In this document: in pieces, positions 1-15,521 of the stretch
Layout of the letters: each line of letters starts with the position of its first letter
How positions within the stretch are numbered: the first letter of the stretch is position 1
NCBI RefSeq assembly: GCF_009914755.1
Contig: NC_060933.1
DNA from: the human T2T-CHM13v2.0 reference genome, Homo sapiens
Reading direction: 5' to 3' (one strand)
DNA: 64,000 nucleotides
Translations under genes and position numbers: made by a program
Notes under the pieces: generated by a model
Database searches by the model: none
What the model was told of the DNA's origin: nothing
What the model saw: the letters and a program-made list of their open reading frames with translations, nothing else

Positions 1-114
1 TGCCATAGGGATTCTGGCTCACTTTTCCTATGTATGGTCTCTGCTTTGTAAGAGAAATCAGTATTTACCAAGTACCTATGGTACTGGTTGGCTTACACTC
101 AGTGACTTCCGGAA

Positions 115-260
115 GGCTCACCAAACCCTCTGAGGTAGGAAAGATCATTCCCATTTTAAGGATGAAGAAGCTGTGGCTGAGTGGCTCAGTTACCTAAAGA
201 CAAACGGCCAGTGAGAAGGGGAAACTCAAGTCTGTCTGAGTCCGAGATTAATGCCTTTGC
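115..260 (-). mobile_element. MIR SINE fragment
   Basis: ccctctgaggtagg...cccattttaaggatgaagaagctg resembles the MIR core (reverse). Confidence 0.6.
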
Positions 261-1529
261 CATTGCCCAGAGATCTGTCTGGCTTTGGAGTCAATATGGA
301 ACCCCTCACTGGGCCTTCAGCAATGGGATGCCCACATGCATGCCTCACACTCCCCAGGACAGAGTTCATGGACATGCATGAAATGGCATCACGATCATAA
401 ATAGATGTTCTGGTAACTTGGCTCATAGGTAGCATGTCTTTTTACCATTAATTAGCGTACTATAGACTGCATGGGTGACATTAGAAAACAAATTTTTATT
501 GCTTTTGCAATGAAGTTTGGGGACATTTTATAAGAATTATTTTAATAAGTAGGGATTTAAAATATGGGACATGTTGTATAGAGCAAGTTAGAGAATGTTA
601 AAATAAAAGAACATATAAAAATGCTACTTAAAGTTTCACATTTATGTGCAAAACAACATGTAATTCTTGGTCGGGGCTGTGATAGTTCTGCTTAAGAATG
701 TCTAAAACAGATGATCTGATAAGAAAATTGCTCTTACCACAGTAGAGGAGAAAAGGCAAGAAGGAGACCTTCACACAAAAACAAAATTATAATAGCCTCC
801 TTAATGGGCCTATGTCTGAGTTTCAGTGCTTATCACTTACAAATGAACACTTTTCATAGACATAATTTCCATTGCCTAATAATAGTTGAATATGACTATG
901 AATCATTTTGAGTGCAGTTTCTTTAAAATACATTGTTAATAAATGTTCTCTGAAGAGGTAGATAGGTGGATTCTTATGTAGTTAGTAAAAACAACACAAT
1001 CAGCCAAAATGACTCAGGATTATTTTTTCATTTCATGGAACCTTCTGCAAATTAATATTTGTCCTTATCTGAGGTTTTTCTAAATAGTTGCTTTATTAAG
1101 CATTGCATTGTTTGGCAGTACAGTTTGTGAGCTGGATAAGGTAATAAAAACTTGGGAAAAATGTAAAAGACTCACTTTTTAAATATCTACATTAAATGCA
1201 TTATCTTTGCTATGTTTGAGTGATCTCTTATGGTTCTGTAAGATGGACCATTTTGTTGCATCCTCAAAAAGTGTAAGAGAAGAGGGTTTTGTTTTTTCTT
1301 TTTTGTTTTTGTAGTCTTGTGTGTTTGGATTTTGTTTATTATAGTATTATGCTATAGTTTTAAGGATTGAGGACTCAGAAGATTTCATGTGGCCTTAATT
1401 AGCAGTCTGTCATATTTAAAAACAAACATGTTGAAATAATAAAGGTAGAAATTGTAAATATATAATCCTCTGGAAGGCAGGGATTCAATCTATGAAATTA
1501 TTTCAGTTAACGTTTCAGAAGAGGAACAC

Positions 1530-1869
1530 ACATGAATAAGTATATAAATATGTTAGCTTAACTTTAACAAATTATACAAGCAACATAATTCATTATCTAA
1601 ATTTTAGAAAAATGAGAAATCACCCATCACTGCACTAACTCAAATCTCTGTCATGAGTTTTAGTTAATAAGTGTTTTCTGACAATGACAAATTTTCATAC
1701 ATGAATAAGTATATAAATATGTTAGCTTAACTTTTACAAATTGTACAAGCAACATAATTCATTATCTAAATTTTAGAAACATGAGAAAAATCACCCATAA
1801 CTCCACTCACTCAAATCTCTGTCATGAGTTTCAGTTAATAAATGCTTTTTGACAATGACAAATTTTCAT
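1530..1869. repeat. Tandem duplication of a ~170-bp AT-rich unit (2 copies)
   Basis: 1530-1698 and 1699-1869 both run acatgaataagtatataaatatg...gacaatgacaaattttcat; about 10 substitutions and a 2-nt indel. Confidence 0.95.
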
Positions 1870-3033
1870 TTTTAGATATTGCGTGGATGAACAGGGAAAA
1901 ATGTTATAGATATGGTGAAGAATATATAGTACATGAGAATATATGTGAGTGTGTATGTGTGTATGCATGCATACATACACACTTGTGTACATTAATGTAT
2001 GTACACGTAAATATGCATATAAGTATACACATACACCAGAAAATTTTTCTAATGTTCCTTGCAAACACAATATGCAGCTTTCTGAAAATTATTATTTTTG
2101 TGATATTTTTAGTGGCTGTAACATTTATTTTTGGTAGCTGGCTTTGGGTGGTCCCTACAGTCCTTTTTCTCGGGCTCTTACTGGTGAGATGGATTATGCA
2201 TGTAAGACTTCAAACTGGGAACAAGGGACAGCTGGAAAACGATCATTTTAAAAGGCATGTTTAAGACGGACATAAAGCTAATTTTCCTACGAGTACCCAA
2301 AATGCAGGAAGAAAGACATTTTGCTAGAGGATGAAATTGAACAGTGAAGATTTTAATTTGGTCCCATTCCCTACCCCAGCAAGGTGAGGTAGGGACACAG
2401 CTCTGCTTCCATGCACCTTTGCAGCCCAGTCCCCACCCTCTCACAGACAAGGCCACTCTGGACCTGAGGACAAGCCCATCTTCAGTACTGTTGGTGGTTG
2501 TCCCCACACAATCTAGGTTACTTTCGGAATTTGATGGATGGCTTTTCAAATTTGCCTTCCTATCTGGAAGATTATCATCGGCTATCCCTGCACTTTGCAG
2601 CAAGTACAAAACTCCTGAAGAGCAGAGGCTGTCAGACCAGCTGCCAAAGTGCTTAACACCTTTTATTCAGAAAATCTGAGGCCTCCACTTGACTGATCTC
2701 CCCAATTCTCCTTGCAAACCAGGCTCCCGGGTGCAGGGTTAGGAAGTGCGTAATGAGCTTTAGAAAGGGTTCCTGAACCAACAGCTAAACTGTTGTTAAT
2801 CTCAGCTCTGGCAGTTACTTGGGATGAAGAGATCGTAATGGCTGCTTTAATTAAAATACACATAATACTAGAGGATCAGTAGACCACAAGCAAGAACTCT
2901 AAGTAATTCATTAGTTTCAATTTTAGGCGAACATGGAAGGTACTAGAAGAAAATAGGCAAACTAGACAGACATCAGTCAGAATGCTTAGGCTTGCCTCGG
3001 CTGGTGAGCCTCGGTGAGGCATTTCAGCTTTAA

Positions 3034-3360
<327 letters not shown>

Positions 3361-3631
3361 TGATTGTCTCATCAGTTCCATAAGATGCTATATTTCAGTG
3401 ATTGCTCATGATTCTGTAAGACCATTTTGTTGCATCCTCAGAAAGTGTAAAAGAAGAGGGTTTGTTTTTTGTTTTTGTTTTTGCAGTACAGATTCTCAGT
3501 ACTTCCCATAGCATAGAGGGTTGAGTCATAGAGTCCAGCCAGCTCCTTGGCTGGGAAGTTGATTTTCAGTTAAATAAACTTGAGCTTTCCTGTGGTGAGA
3601 TTGGGTGGTGGTGGAGCAAAACCATTTTAAA

Positions 3632-4115
3632 ATGTAGGTTTTATTCAGATATGGTGAAGCTTACAGATCTGGGAGATGACCGTCAATGAAAAGATCTCAC
3701 AGTTCCCAAGAGGAGGAGCATCCCATGTGATGCAAGGCCCCAAGAAGCAGCAGGGTCCGTCAGGAGGCAGTGGGAGTGAGGGGAAAACGAGAACAAGAGC
3801 CTCTACTGTGGTTTCTGCAGAAAGGAATGGACAGGATTTAGGGCTGGCTAGTTTGGGGAATTTCAGCAGGCTCTGGGAGGTAGATACTGTCCCTGGTTGC
3901 CTGGCATCTGACCCTTGGTTGGTTAAGGCAGAATTGTGGCCCATAGGAGGTAGGGGTGGGTGGTCTGAGCTCTGAATTGGTTGGGTCTGCATAGGAAAGA
4001 TGGACAGGTGAGTTTACAGTTTCTAGGAATCCACTAGTTCTGGGAGGGGCAGTGCCTCCAGGGTCAACAAGGCCTCAATGCTAAAGCATCAAACATGCAG
4101 AAAACAGAGATGTGG
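3632..4115 (-). mobile_element. ERVL-class solo LTR (MER76-like)
   Basis: Reverse complement resembles the recalled MER76-type consensus (tttgatgcttt...gaccctggagg.actgcccctcccag...ttcctag). Confidence 0.55.
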
Positions 4116-4359
4116 GATCAATCCAGAGACAGCATGTTGGCTTTGGGTGACAAGACGAATGAGCCTTTCTCTGTCTTTCCCCATCCTCTCTCTACCCAGC
4201 TCTCTTTTCTCTCTTGTATTCCGTTCTCCCTCCTTTCCACCTCATCTCTTTGTTTTCCCTACCTGTTCTTTTAACAGAGGACTCCGATGAGGTTAGAAGA
4301 GGCTGCACTGCCTAGAGCAATCTGCATTCCATATTAGCTTTATAAAGAAAAAAAAAATC

Positions 4360-4737
<378 letters not shown>

Positions 4738-4837
4738 TTAATGATGATGATGATGATGATGCCAAGAACTCCACTGTTGTCTTCACAAACCTGTTACTGG
4801 CTTCCAGAGAAAAGATGCATTTCCTTCTCTAGATCAA

Positions 4838-5008
4838 CACGGTTCAAAAGACCTTTGCACAGTGGTGGACATGTTCTGTATCTGTGCTGAACAGTACAGT
4901 AGCCCCTACCTACATGTAGCTACTGAGCACTCAGATAGTAAGACTGAGGAACTGCATTTTTAATTTTTGTGGACTTTAGTTAATTTAAGACTAATTTAAA
5001 TAGCTACA
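4838..5008 (+). mobile_element. MER3-like hAT-Charlie DNA transposon fossil (interrupted by MLT2)
   Basis: atgttctgtatctgtgctg...actgagcact...actgaggaactg...aatttaaatagctaca; a short remainder lies near 5454-5484. Confidence 0.65.
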
Positions 5009-5445
5009 TGTATTAGGATTCTCCAGAGAAACAGAACCATAAGTGTGTGTGGAGAGAGAGAGTGTGTGTGTGTGTGTGTGCGTGTGTGTAGAGGAGGGGA
5101 TTGATTTTAAGGAATTGGCTTCTGTGATTGTGGAGGGTGGCAAGTCCAGAATTTGCTGGGGTAGTCGGGGCAGGGGTGGGGGTGCAGGGTGGAGATCGGG
5201 GAGGAGTTGAGGCCTCATCTGGACTCTGAAGGCCATCTGCTGGCAGAATTCCCTCTGCAGGCCTTCCACTGATAGGATGATCCCACCCACCCCTATTAGG
5301 GAGAGTGGTTGGCTTTACTCAGAGTCTGCTGATTTAGATGTTAATCTCCTGGTAAATGCACCTTCACGGAAACATCTAGAATAATGTTTGGCCACATATC
5401 TGTGTCCAGGGCCCAGTCAGGTTGACACATAAAGTGAGTCACCTA
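5009..5445 (-). mobile_element. MLT2 (ERVL) solo LTR with internal (GA)n(GT)n
   Basis: tgtattaggattctccagagaaacagaacc...aaggaattggct...cagtcaggttgacacataaa. Confidence 0.85.
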
Positions 5446-5759
5446 CCTCACCCAGCTGGTGGCGGAAGTGCTGAGAAGCACAGGTCTGGATTCATTCGGC
5501 ATGTACAGGGCCGGGCATTATTCTAAGCACTTCACTGGGGCTTCTGTCAGATGAACACTGTTATGCTAACTTCTCTAGGCAGCAATAATGCAGCACAAAG
5601 AGTAAGGCTTGCCTGAGGTCACACAGCCAGCAAATCAGGATTCACTCTCCAGCTTGGTGGCAGAGGCTGTGTGCTTCACCATTACCTTTCGCAAGGCCCC
5701 CTTGGCTTGGAGGGGCAAAGCTGTTTCCTAAACATCAATCTTTTTTTCTCACCAGGACC

Positions 5760-5865
5760 AAAGTCAGAAGGCCTGCGTTAGACCCCTGGTTTTCCCCCTA
5801 AATAGCTATGTGACGTGGAACACTGAACCTCAGTATCACCATCTGTAAAATGGGAATGATGATTC
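5760..5865 (+). mobile_element. MIR fragment
   Basis: tagctatgtgac...cctcagtatcaccatctgtaaaatggga. Confidence 0.6.
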
Positions 5866-6388
5866 TCTCCTATATGTTCTCTCTCTCTTTTTCACCACTT
5901 TGTGGACTACATTTCTCCTGTTCCTGGGTCTGTTCTCTTGCAACATATAAGTTTGGTAAGGTAGTCAATAGAAAACATTTGGTTACTGAAAAGTGGAATT
6001 GATTGATACTCTTTTCTTTGAGCTAATGCTGAAACACTGGATTCCCCAACAACAACTAAATTTTGTGTTCAGAGTTTCTTCCCTCACTCAAAGAGGAAAG
6101 CATGGCACTGTTATTATTTTGTATCTTTTTTTTGGGATAACCATTTCTGAACCAGTGTTGCATGGATTTGGCTGCTGTCTTGGGAACACAGTACTGATGT
6201 TGCTCCTGGTGAGCGTGCACTGAAGATTTGCGCTGCACTGTACCTGAGGTTCTCAGCCGAGTCTTCCTGTGTATGTTTGAAGATCTGGTTCTGTTTTGTG
6301 GGGCTATGGACAAAATCCACCCTCCACAGTAGGTTGTAAAGAATGCATCCTTTTGGTAATTCACCACCCACTGAGTGGATTTCATTCC

Positions 6389-6934
6389 TTTTTTTTTTTT
6401 TTTTTTTGGCTTTTAACTTTTAAGTTCAGGGGTACATTTGCAGGATGTACAGGTTTGTTACATAGGTAAATGTGTGCCATGGTGGTTTGCTGCACAGATC
6501 ATCCAATCACCTAGATATTAACCCAGTACCCATTAGCTATTCTTCCTGATGCTCTCCCTCCCTGCATCCCCCACAGGCTTCAGTGTGTGTTGTTTCCCTC
6601 CCTGTGTCCGTGTGTTCTCATCACTCAGCTCCCACTTACAAGTGAGAACATGCAGTGTTTGGTTTTCTGTTCCTGTGTTAGTTTGCTGAGGATAATGGCC
6701 TCTAGCTCCATCCATGTCCCTGCAGAGGACATGATCTCATTCCTTTTTATGGCTGCATAGTATTCCATGTTGTATATGTACCACATTTTCTTTATCCAAT
6801 CTATCATTGATGGGCATTTGGGTTGATTCCATGTCTTTGCTATTGTGAATAGTGCTGCAGTGAACATACCCATACGTGTATCTTTATAATAGAACAATTT
6901 GTATGGGGGGGTTATATAGTAATGAGATTGCTGG
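6389..6934 (-). mobile_element. 5'-truncated primate L1 (L1PA-type 3' end, ORF2 C-terminal remnant)
   Basis: Poly-T tail and L1 3'UTR; ORF 6625-6897(-) gives ...ALFTIAKTWNQPKCPSMIDWIKKMW...MEYYAAIK (L1 ORF2 C-terminus); TSD ggatttcattc at 6377 and 6935. Confidence 0.95.
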
Positions 6935-7479
6935 GGATTTCATTCTAATGTAGTTTGTTGGTATGGGTTATCCTCACTATCTCTGAAATGACGAAAAAAT
7001 TCTTAGTATCACCCAAACCTTATTCTGTTTTAATTAGGCATTTCACACAATTTAAATTAGTTTTACAAAGAATGTAGAATGAAGAACACTTCTCATCACA
7101 AAGAGTACACATCTCAGCACAAAATAATGTCCCCTCGCCCCTCCTTTTACATTGCTTTTATGACGTGCCTTCTAGAGCCTCAGCAATGCACTTGTACAAC
7201 TCGTAGCAGAGCACCAAAAGAAACCATGATCAGTGTTAATGTTTTTCCACATTTTGTTATGAAAAATTTCAAATATATGGAAAAGTGGGGGAAAAAAGTA
7301 TCATGAATACCCATCTGTCTGTTACCCAGATCCACAATGAACATTTTTTTTATCTTTCCCTCTGTCACGCCATCTTCATTACTTTATGCATTTCAAAGTA
7401 AGTTGCAGGTGTCTGTATACCTCATCCTTTTAAGGCTTCGTCATGCGTGTCATTTCTTAGAGCTCGGTGCTTGTTGCTG

Positions 7480-8410
7480 GTTTTTTCTGTGTCGGGTAAA
7501 GTTTATATGTAGTGAAATGCAGAAGTCCTAAGCACGTCCTTTGATGAGGTTTGACAATTGCATTCCCTGGGTAACATGAACCCCTGTCAGGATAATCACA
7601 AAACATTAACCGTCACCCTAGAGAGTTCTCTCTTGCCCCTTCTCAATCATTCCCACCCCCATCCCTCCAAAGGAAACCAGTGTTCTGATTTTTTCACCAT
7701 AGGTTCGTTTAACCTGTTCAAGAACTTCATGTGGATGAGATCCTAGAATGTGTTTATTATTTTGTGCAAGACTTCTGTTGCCAGCCACATTAGTGTGCTA
7801 GGGCTGTTATAACAAAATACCACAGACTGTGTAGTTCAAACAAGAGAAATTTATTGCCTCACAGTTTGGGAAGCTGGAAGTCCAAGATCAAGGTGTCATT
7901 TAGAATGTGTTCCAGGCTTCTCTGCTAGCTCCTGGAAGTTCTTTGCCTTGTGGCAGCATAATTCCAGTCTGCACATGGCATTCTGCTTTTCTATGTCCAA
8001 ATTTCCCCCTAAGGACCTATGGTCCTCCTAAGGACACCCATCATATTGAATTGGGAGTGCAACCTATTGCAGGATGAACCCTTCTTAACTAATGACATCT
8101 ACAATGACCATATTTCCAAATAAAGCTACCTTACAAATAAGGTACTGGGGGTTAGGACATCAGTATACAAATTTGAGGGGGTCATAATTCAACCCATGAC
8201 AGCAGCACCTGGGTTGTTTTATGTACCAGTGGTTTGCTGTTACTGCCGAGTAGTGCTCCATTCTAGAAATGGACTACAGCTAAGCCAAGCTGTACCAAGC
8301 CATGCTTGTTGATGGGTGCCGTTTTTGGCTGTCGTGAATAAAGCTGCTAGGAACATTTTTGCACAAGTGTTTCTGTGGACGTGTGCTTTTATTTTTCTTG
8401 GATACATACC
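7480..8410 (-). mobile_element. Old L1M 3' fragments, split by an MLT1 LTR
   Basis: aacattaaccgtcaccctagagagttctc... and gtgaataaagctgctaggaacatt...ttcttggatacatacc. Confidence 0.6.
7786..8201 (-). mobile_element. MLT1 (MaLR) solo LTR
   Basis: attagtgtgctagggctgttataacaaaataccacagact...aattcaacccatgaca; putative 5-bp TSD ccagc/gcagc. Confidence 0.85.
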
Positions 8411-8618
8411 CTGACCCCGGGGAGGGGGCTAACCTGGGGACACATGTGGAAGGATGGTCCTCTGAAGGCAGAAGGCCAAGCTGTTGGGTCCCCCCACCTT
8501 GGCCAGCAGCCGGGATGGCTCTTCCCCAGTGCTGCTTCAGTCTGGTGGAGACAGTAGCTACAAACCACAGATCCTGCTTCTTAAAACTGGGCAACATCAT
8601 CACATCTATTAATTTGAA

Positions 8619-8910
<292 letters not shown>

Positions 8911-9798
8911 TGTTAATTTAGATTTTAAGCCAATCTGTTGGTTTCCCTTTGAGGTTGGTGATGAAGTCCTTAAAGGCTGAGATCCGGTCACCTGGACCAG
9001 TAAGGAAGTGGGGAGTTGGGGAGAAGGTCCTGTTCCCAGGACAGTAGTGACAGTGGATGAAGGACAGGACAGCAGCTTTTGAGGATAAGGGCGAGAGAAG
9101 GGATCCAGGGACCCATTATGGGCCCATGGTGGGAGTTGGGGTCTGGCCCAGGGCCACATCCTCCTTCATCCTCAAGGGAAGGTGAGGGGCCCATGAACTC
9201 TCTCAGGGAAGTGCAGGTCCTGATACAGCAACATGGAGAAGCTGTAACCAAGCCGGAGAGAGTCACCGTAGAGCCCAGGAGGAGAGACCCGAAGATAAGC
9301 ATCACCCTGTGCTGTCATCTCTGAGGGGCGGGCGCTGCTGATAGACACGTGAAAGTCTAGCCTGCAGCAGATGTGAGTCTCAGATGCCTCCGTGGGCAGC
9401 CGGAATCTAGATCAACAACTACACTCTAGAATAATCTCAGCTGCCAGTAAGCCAGAGGGGCTTGGAGGGTGAGGAGTCCCTGTGATAACCAAGATCAAGT
9501 TCTAAACCAGCCAGCAGGCCTCGCGAGGCTGGCTCACCTTTCAGGCTGCTGGTGTTGGAAACATGAGACTGTGCCTCTCAGCCCAGGCAGGGCCCTGCCT
9601 GGGGTCCCACAGCTTCCAGGAGCCAGTAGGGAGCCCAGAGCCTGGCAAGGCCAGCAAGTAGGGAGGGGATACTGCTTGGCAGGAAGTCCTCAGGAGGGAG
9701 TGTGAGGCTTGGTCTGCCTAGATCATTACAGCCCAGGGCTTTCTGTACCTAGGACTTCAGTCCCAACCCCGCTGACCCCATCTTAAAGAGGACAAGGA

Positions 9799-9864
9799 AG
9801 GGATATCTGCAGCTGGAAGGAGGGATATCTGCAGCTGGAAGGAGGGATATCTGCAGCTGGAAGG
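9799..9864. repeat. Minisatellite, 22-bp unit x3
   Basis: agggatatctgcagctggaagg at 9799, 9821 and 9843, all identical. Confidence 0.95.
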
Positions 9865-10039
9865 AGTGTGCCAGCTTGAACAGTGACGGGGCACCACTTT
9901 CTGGAAAATATGGAAGAACCTAATGTACATTAGAGCTGTGAAACTTGTGGCCCACACACTAATTTTCTCTAGCACCTGGGCAGACATAGGCAGTTGTGGC
10001 ATCTCTTTTTATCAAGTACAGACAGAAAAAAAATCAATT

Positions 10040-10590
<551 letters not shown>

Positions 10591-10869
10591 CTACTTTTGA
10601 GAAGACACATTGTTCTGGTCCTGATATTGTTGATATTTAAGTTCCAGCTGGCCAGCTAGGCAGTAAACCAAGCAAAATCTCACTCATCAGACCTGAGTAT
10701 TTTTTTCCTTGACTTGTGTCTGTCATGTGGGGGGGGGTTGGGTGATTGGAAATATTTGGTATCTACACAGCAGTCTTTCTGCCTTTGCCATCATCCTGTG
10801 CATATGCTTCTTGATAATTAATATGTGCATTCAGTTAACCATTCATGGGATCTTTTCTTTTATCCGATT

Positions 10870-11300
<431 letters not shown>

Positions 11301-12970
11301 TGAGGGCAATAAGGAGAGGAAGCGGAAGAAAAAGGATGAGACATGTGGCTTGTGGGCAGAAAGGGAGGCAGGAGAACATTCCCAGTCTGCCTTTCACTGA
11401 GTTTTTACCTGTTCACTAGAACAACAAAAGGGAACCCGATCGGGAAACTCTGCTGTCAACTAAGCAAACTCTAAATTTAACATTTGGGGGACCCCCTTGG
11501 AGAGTAGTTGAGAGCTATGTGCTCCCCTTTTCAGAAAAATGCTCTCAAATACTCAGTGCATAAGCCCACAGCCTTAGCAGGTTCCCAGACCTTAGGTCAG
11601 CAATCCTGTTCTAAGGCATACATCACGAGCAGCATTTTGATTTTCATCTGGGGAACTTATAGTTCATAAAGACCTACTGATCCATTAAAATTTCCACTTG
11701 ATTTTGCCATTAGTAATCTCTTAAACAAGTCCAAGGAAGCCAGAGGAAGTTATTTCTTGAATGCTTTTATACTAGTGCTTTCAAGAGTTCGTGTTGCTGA
11801 CTCCAGTTTTTAAAATTATTATTCTCATCTTCTGCAATGCCTCGAGGCATGTTTTTAGCTGAATAGCAATAATTATGGGATTGTGCAATACTGGAAGAAG
11901 CAGTAAAAATAAAATGTAATAATAAAAAAAAAAAAAGTCTTTACTTCATCTAGGAAATTCAGTTTAAAGAATTTTTACCTCCGGACATAACAGTGACTAT
12001 GCTGGAACTCTGTCTTTGACTCAAGCCAGAAGATGGATGGGACCACCCTTAGGAGCCTTCCACAGGAAGGCCCTCTCCACAGTAGGACTTAGGGCGCTCA
12101 TATAGATCCCTCGGCAGTAATGCGCTAGTTGCTCCTATAGTCAGGAGGCATCTAGGGAGATCGCTGATCTCCATGGCAACCTGGACCCAAATGAGCAAAG
12201 TGCCATCAGCTGGCCTCGGCCTGACTGCTCTGGCGGGAGGGAGGAAGCTGATGCTGTCTCCCACCCAGGCCGTGTAGCCATTTCCCCCACCCCCACCGGA
12301 GGTCTGAGAGTGGCAGGGCTTCTGCCCTTGGCTTCAGCCAGTTCTCCTGGAGGTCATTAAAGGGAAGCCCTTCTGGTGGCAAGTTCTCTGCCACAATCTA
12401 CAGTGAGAATCTAATGATGGTATCAGTTGTAGAGGCCCCTTGATCTCTGGAGAGGGTTCTTAGTGCCAAGGAACTTTCTAGAACCATGGAGGAACCCTGC
12501 AGGGACCTCTGAAGAGTCCTGAGCAAAGAAGTGGGGAAAGCTGTGTGGGTGTGCACCAGGGTCTCATCACCCTGCCCTCAAGGGCAGCCTCAGTATTATG
12601 ACTTAAGGACTTGGGGGTTTACATAACATCCCTTTTTGTCAGCAAAGGAAGTTCCTTATTTCTAAACCTCATGGTCCCAGAAAACCCAGTTCCTGATCTA
12701 GCTGTCCCGTTAGGGCATTTCCATAATACAGCACGTTCTTAAGCAGACATTAAGTCAGACAATTAGGTCCCAGCTAAGCCTTGTCTTGACCTTTTAAGCA
12801 ACATATCTGCCCTCCCTTTTGCCTTCTCTCTTTTCCTTCTCTGTCACAGACACAAGGACTAGATGAGAATGACACCCTGGGGCTATCTGATATACTTCCT
12901 CAAGAAGTATTAGTAACACAAACAACAACAGAAAAAACAAAGTGAAATTTATTTATCATGAAGCACTTTA

Positions 12971-13298
<328 letters not shown>

Positions 13299-13649
13299 TA
13301 AGAACAAATATGCAGTCATGCAAGAGCACACTGTTAACAAATTACCGGCTAACTAAAAGCTAGGCGAGTTCCATATCAATATGATTAAACAATTGCATGG
13401 GAAAATTATTATTTAGAGGAATGGAAGTAGTCACTAGTACGTGTTGTCAGTAGCTTCTGTTTTATTCCTAAAAAGACGAATGAGAAAATGAGGTATTATG
13501 AAGGAAGAAGCAAGAGTAAATGCCACCATGGTAATTACTGCCCGGGGCAGATGAAGAACTGTTTTTTTGTATTCTAATCTCCGTCACCGAAACTCATCAG
13601 TGATGCAGGACCCAAAAATAGAAGGACATTTTGGGTGGACATGTAGTTA

Positions 13650-13840
13650 ATAATGACTTATGCAGCCTAGCACCTGTGTGGGCTGGCATTGTTCTAAGTG
13701 CTTTTTCCTGTGTTACCTCATTTAATCTTCACAACAGCGCTGTGAGGTTGGTACAAGTATTATGTTGATTTTATGGAGGAGGAAACAGGTGCAGAGAGGC
13801 AAGGTACTTTGCCCAAGCTTCCTTTGTCAAAGCTCACAGA
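13650..13840 (-). mobile_element. MIR
   Basis: ctcatttaatcttcacaacag...gaggaaacaggtgcagagagg. Confidence 0.7.
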
Positions 13841-15095
13841 GCTGGGGAGGGTGCCCACGTGTGTGTGCCTGTACCCACTGTGCATGCTGCCTGTCACGGG
13901 CAAAGGGGCTTCCTTTTGCTGTCTTTGAATCATGGATTTATTCAGTGTCATGGGAAGCCATGCATGGGTCAGTATTCTGGCCACATCAGTGAATGCTACA
14001 GCCTGGCCCCATCATGCTAATGTCAGGAGGAGTGCGGGGGATTGGCAGAGCATGGGGAGGATGGCGGTCTCCTGCTGAAACCCTGTGGAGTAGCCTCAGC
14101 TACCCTTTCACAGAGCAGGGTTTGGTCTCTGAAAGGTGAGGTCTTTCACTTGTGATCATGGTACAAGGCTGTGGTACTTCTCGCTCCAGGAGCTCGCTGG
14201 AGAACATATCGAGGCCTGTGTGGCTCCTCAGCCCATACCCTCAGGAGAAGGAATGCTCTCCTCAGGTTTGGAATTGCTTTTCTTGGTCCTTGTTTCTAGT
14301 AGGGAGTGAGAATAGACATGAGTTGTGCCTGCTGGGCAGAGCCTTTGCAGGCCAGGCCTCCTGGGCTGCCTTGGGCGTGTTCCTTGAAGAGCCAGTCCTG
14401 CAGTTGTGGGTGGGAGAGGAGCTTCTCTGAGATGTGTTATCAGGAACCTTGGCGGAGGTGGGCAGTTGACCTTCGGCTTTCCCCTTGGCCTCTAGGGATT
14501 CATATCTCATAAAGAACAGAAAAGAGGAAGGCAGCCTGGCCCTTCCCCTCACCCTTCCCTCTTGGCGGTGTTGCGGGAAGGGAGGAGCAACTCTTCCTCA
14601 ACATCCTCGAAGCTCAGTGTCTGGCATTGTAAGGCCAGTGGTTTTCAAACCTCTGGGCTCAGAACCTTTGTTCAAAGCAAGTGTTACCTGGCAGCCACAC
14701 ATCCATCCAGGCAGCCCCGTGAGGAATGCTCAGATCCATCTGAGAAGAGTCTGGAAACCCACATCTTCATTTCCCACCATGGCCCTGTCAGGGGAGACCC
14801 TTTGTCCTGTACCTTCCTGTCGTGTTCTTTCTACGTTTCACCCACTGCCTTCCTCGTCCTTCCAAATTAGATTATTAATCTCATGAAGAAAATACAGCTT
14901 TCTTCCTGTGATTCAAAACATCTTTTGTGAGCTCTAAAACCATGCCGATTAAGGAATTATGAATTTAAAATAATATTAAATGGTCAGTAGCTTTTATTGA
15001 CAAATGATCTTGGGACAAAGCCATTAGATTTTTTTTCTATCTCTTACAGAACCCCCCTCCTGTTAAAACATTACTCATTGAGAAGTGATCCATTA

Positions 15096-15521
<426 letters not shown>

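Noticed and set aside
1530-1869. Alpha-satellite dimer (171-bp unit)
   Set aside because: Only the length matches; no alpha-satellite similarity or CENP-B box.
1842-2264. 140-aa ORF with a membrane-like hydrophobic stretch
   Set aside because: T-rich, low-complexity intronic DNA with a non-ATG start and no recognisable family.
3821-4013. CAG|gtgagt donor (4008) in the antisense LTR, and AGG|gtaagt at 16466
   Set aside because: Isolated consensus donors are expected by chance in 62 kb, and neither has a convincing nearby acceptor.
9799-9864. Vector polylinker contamination or CRISPR repeat (EcoRV/PstI/PvuII sites)
   Set aside because: The units are directly tandem with no spacers and no flanking vector sequence.
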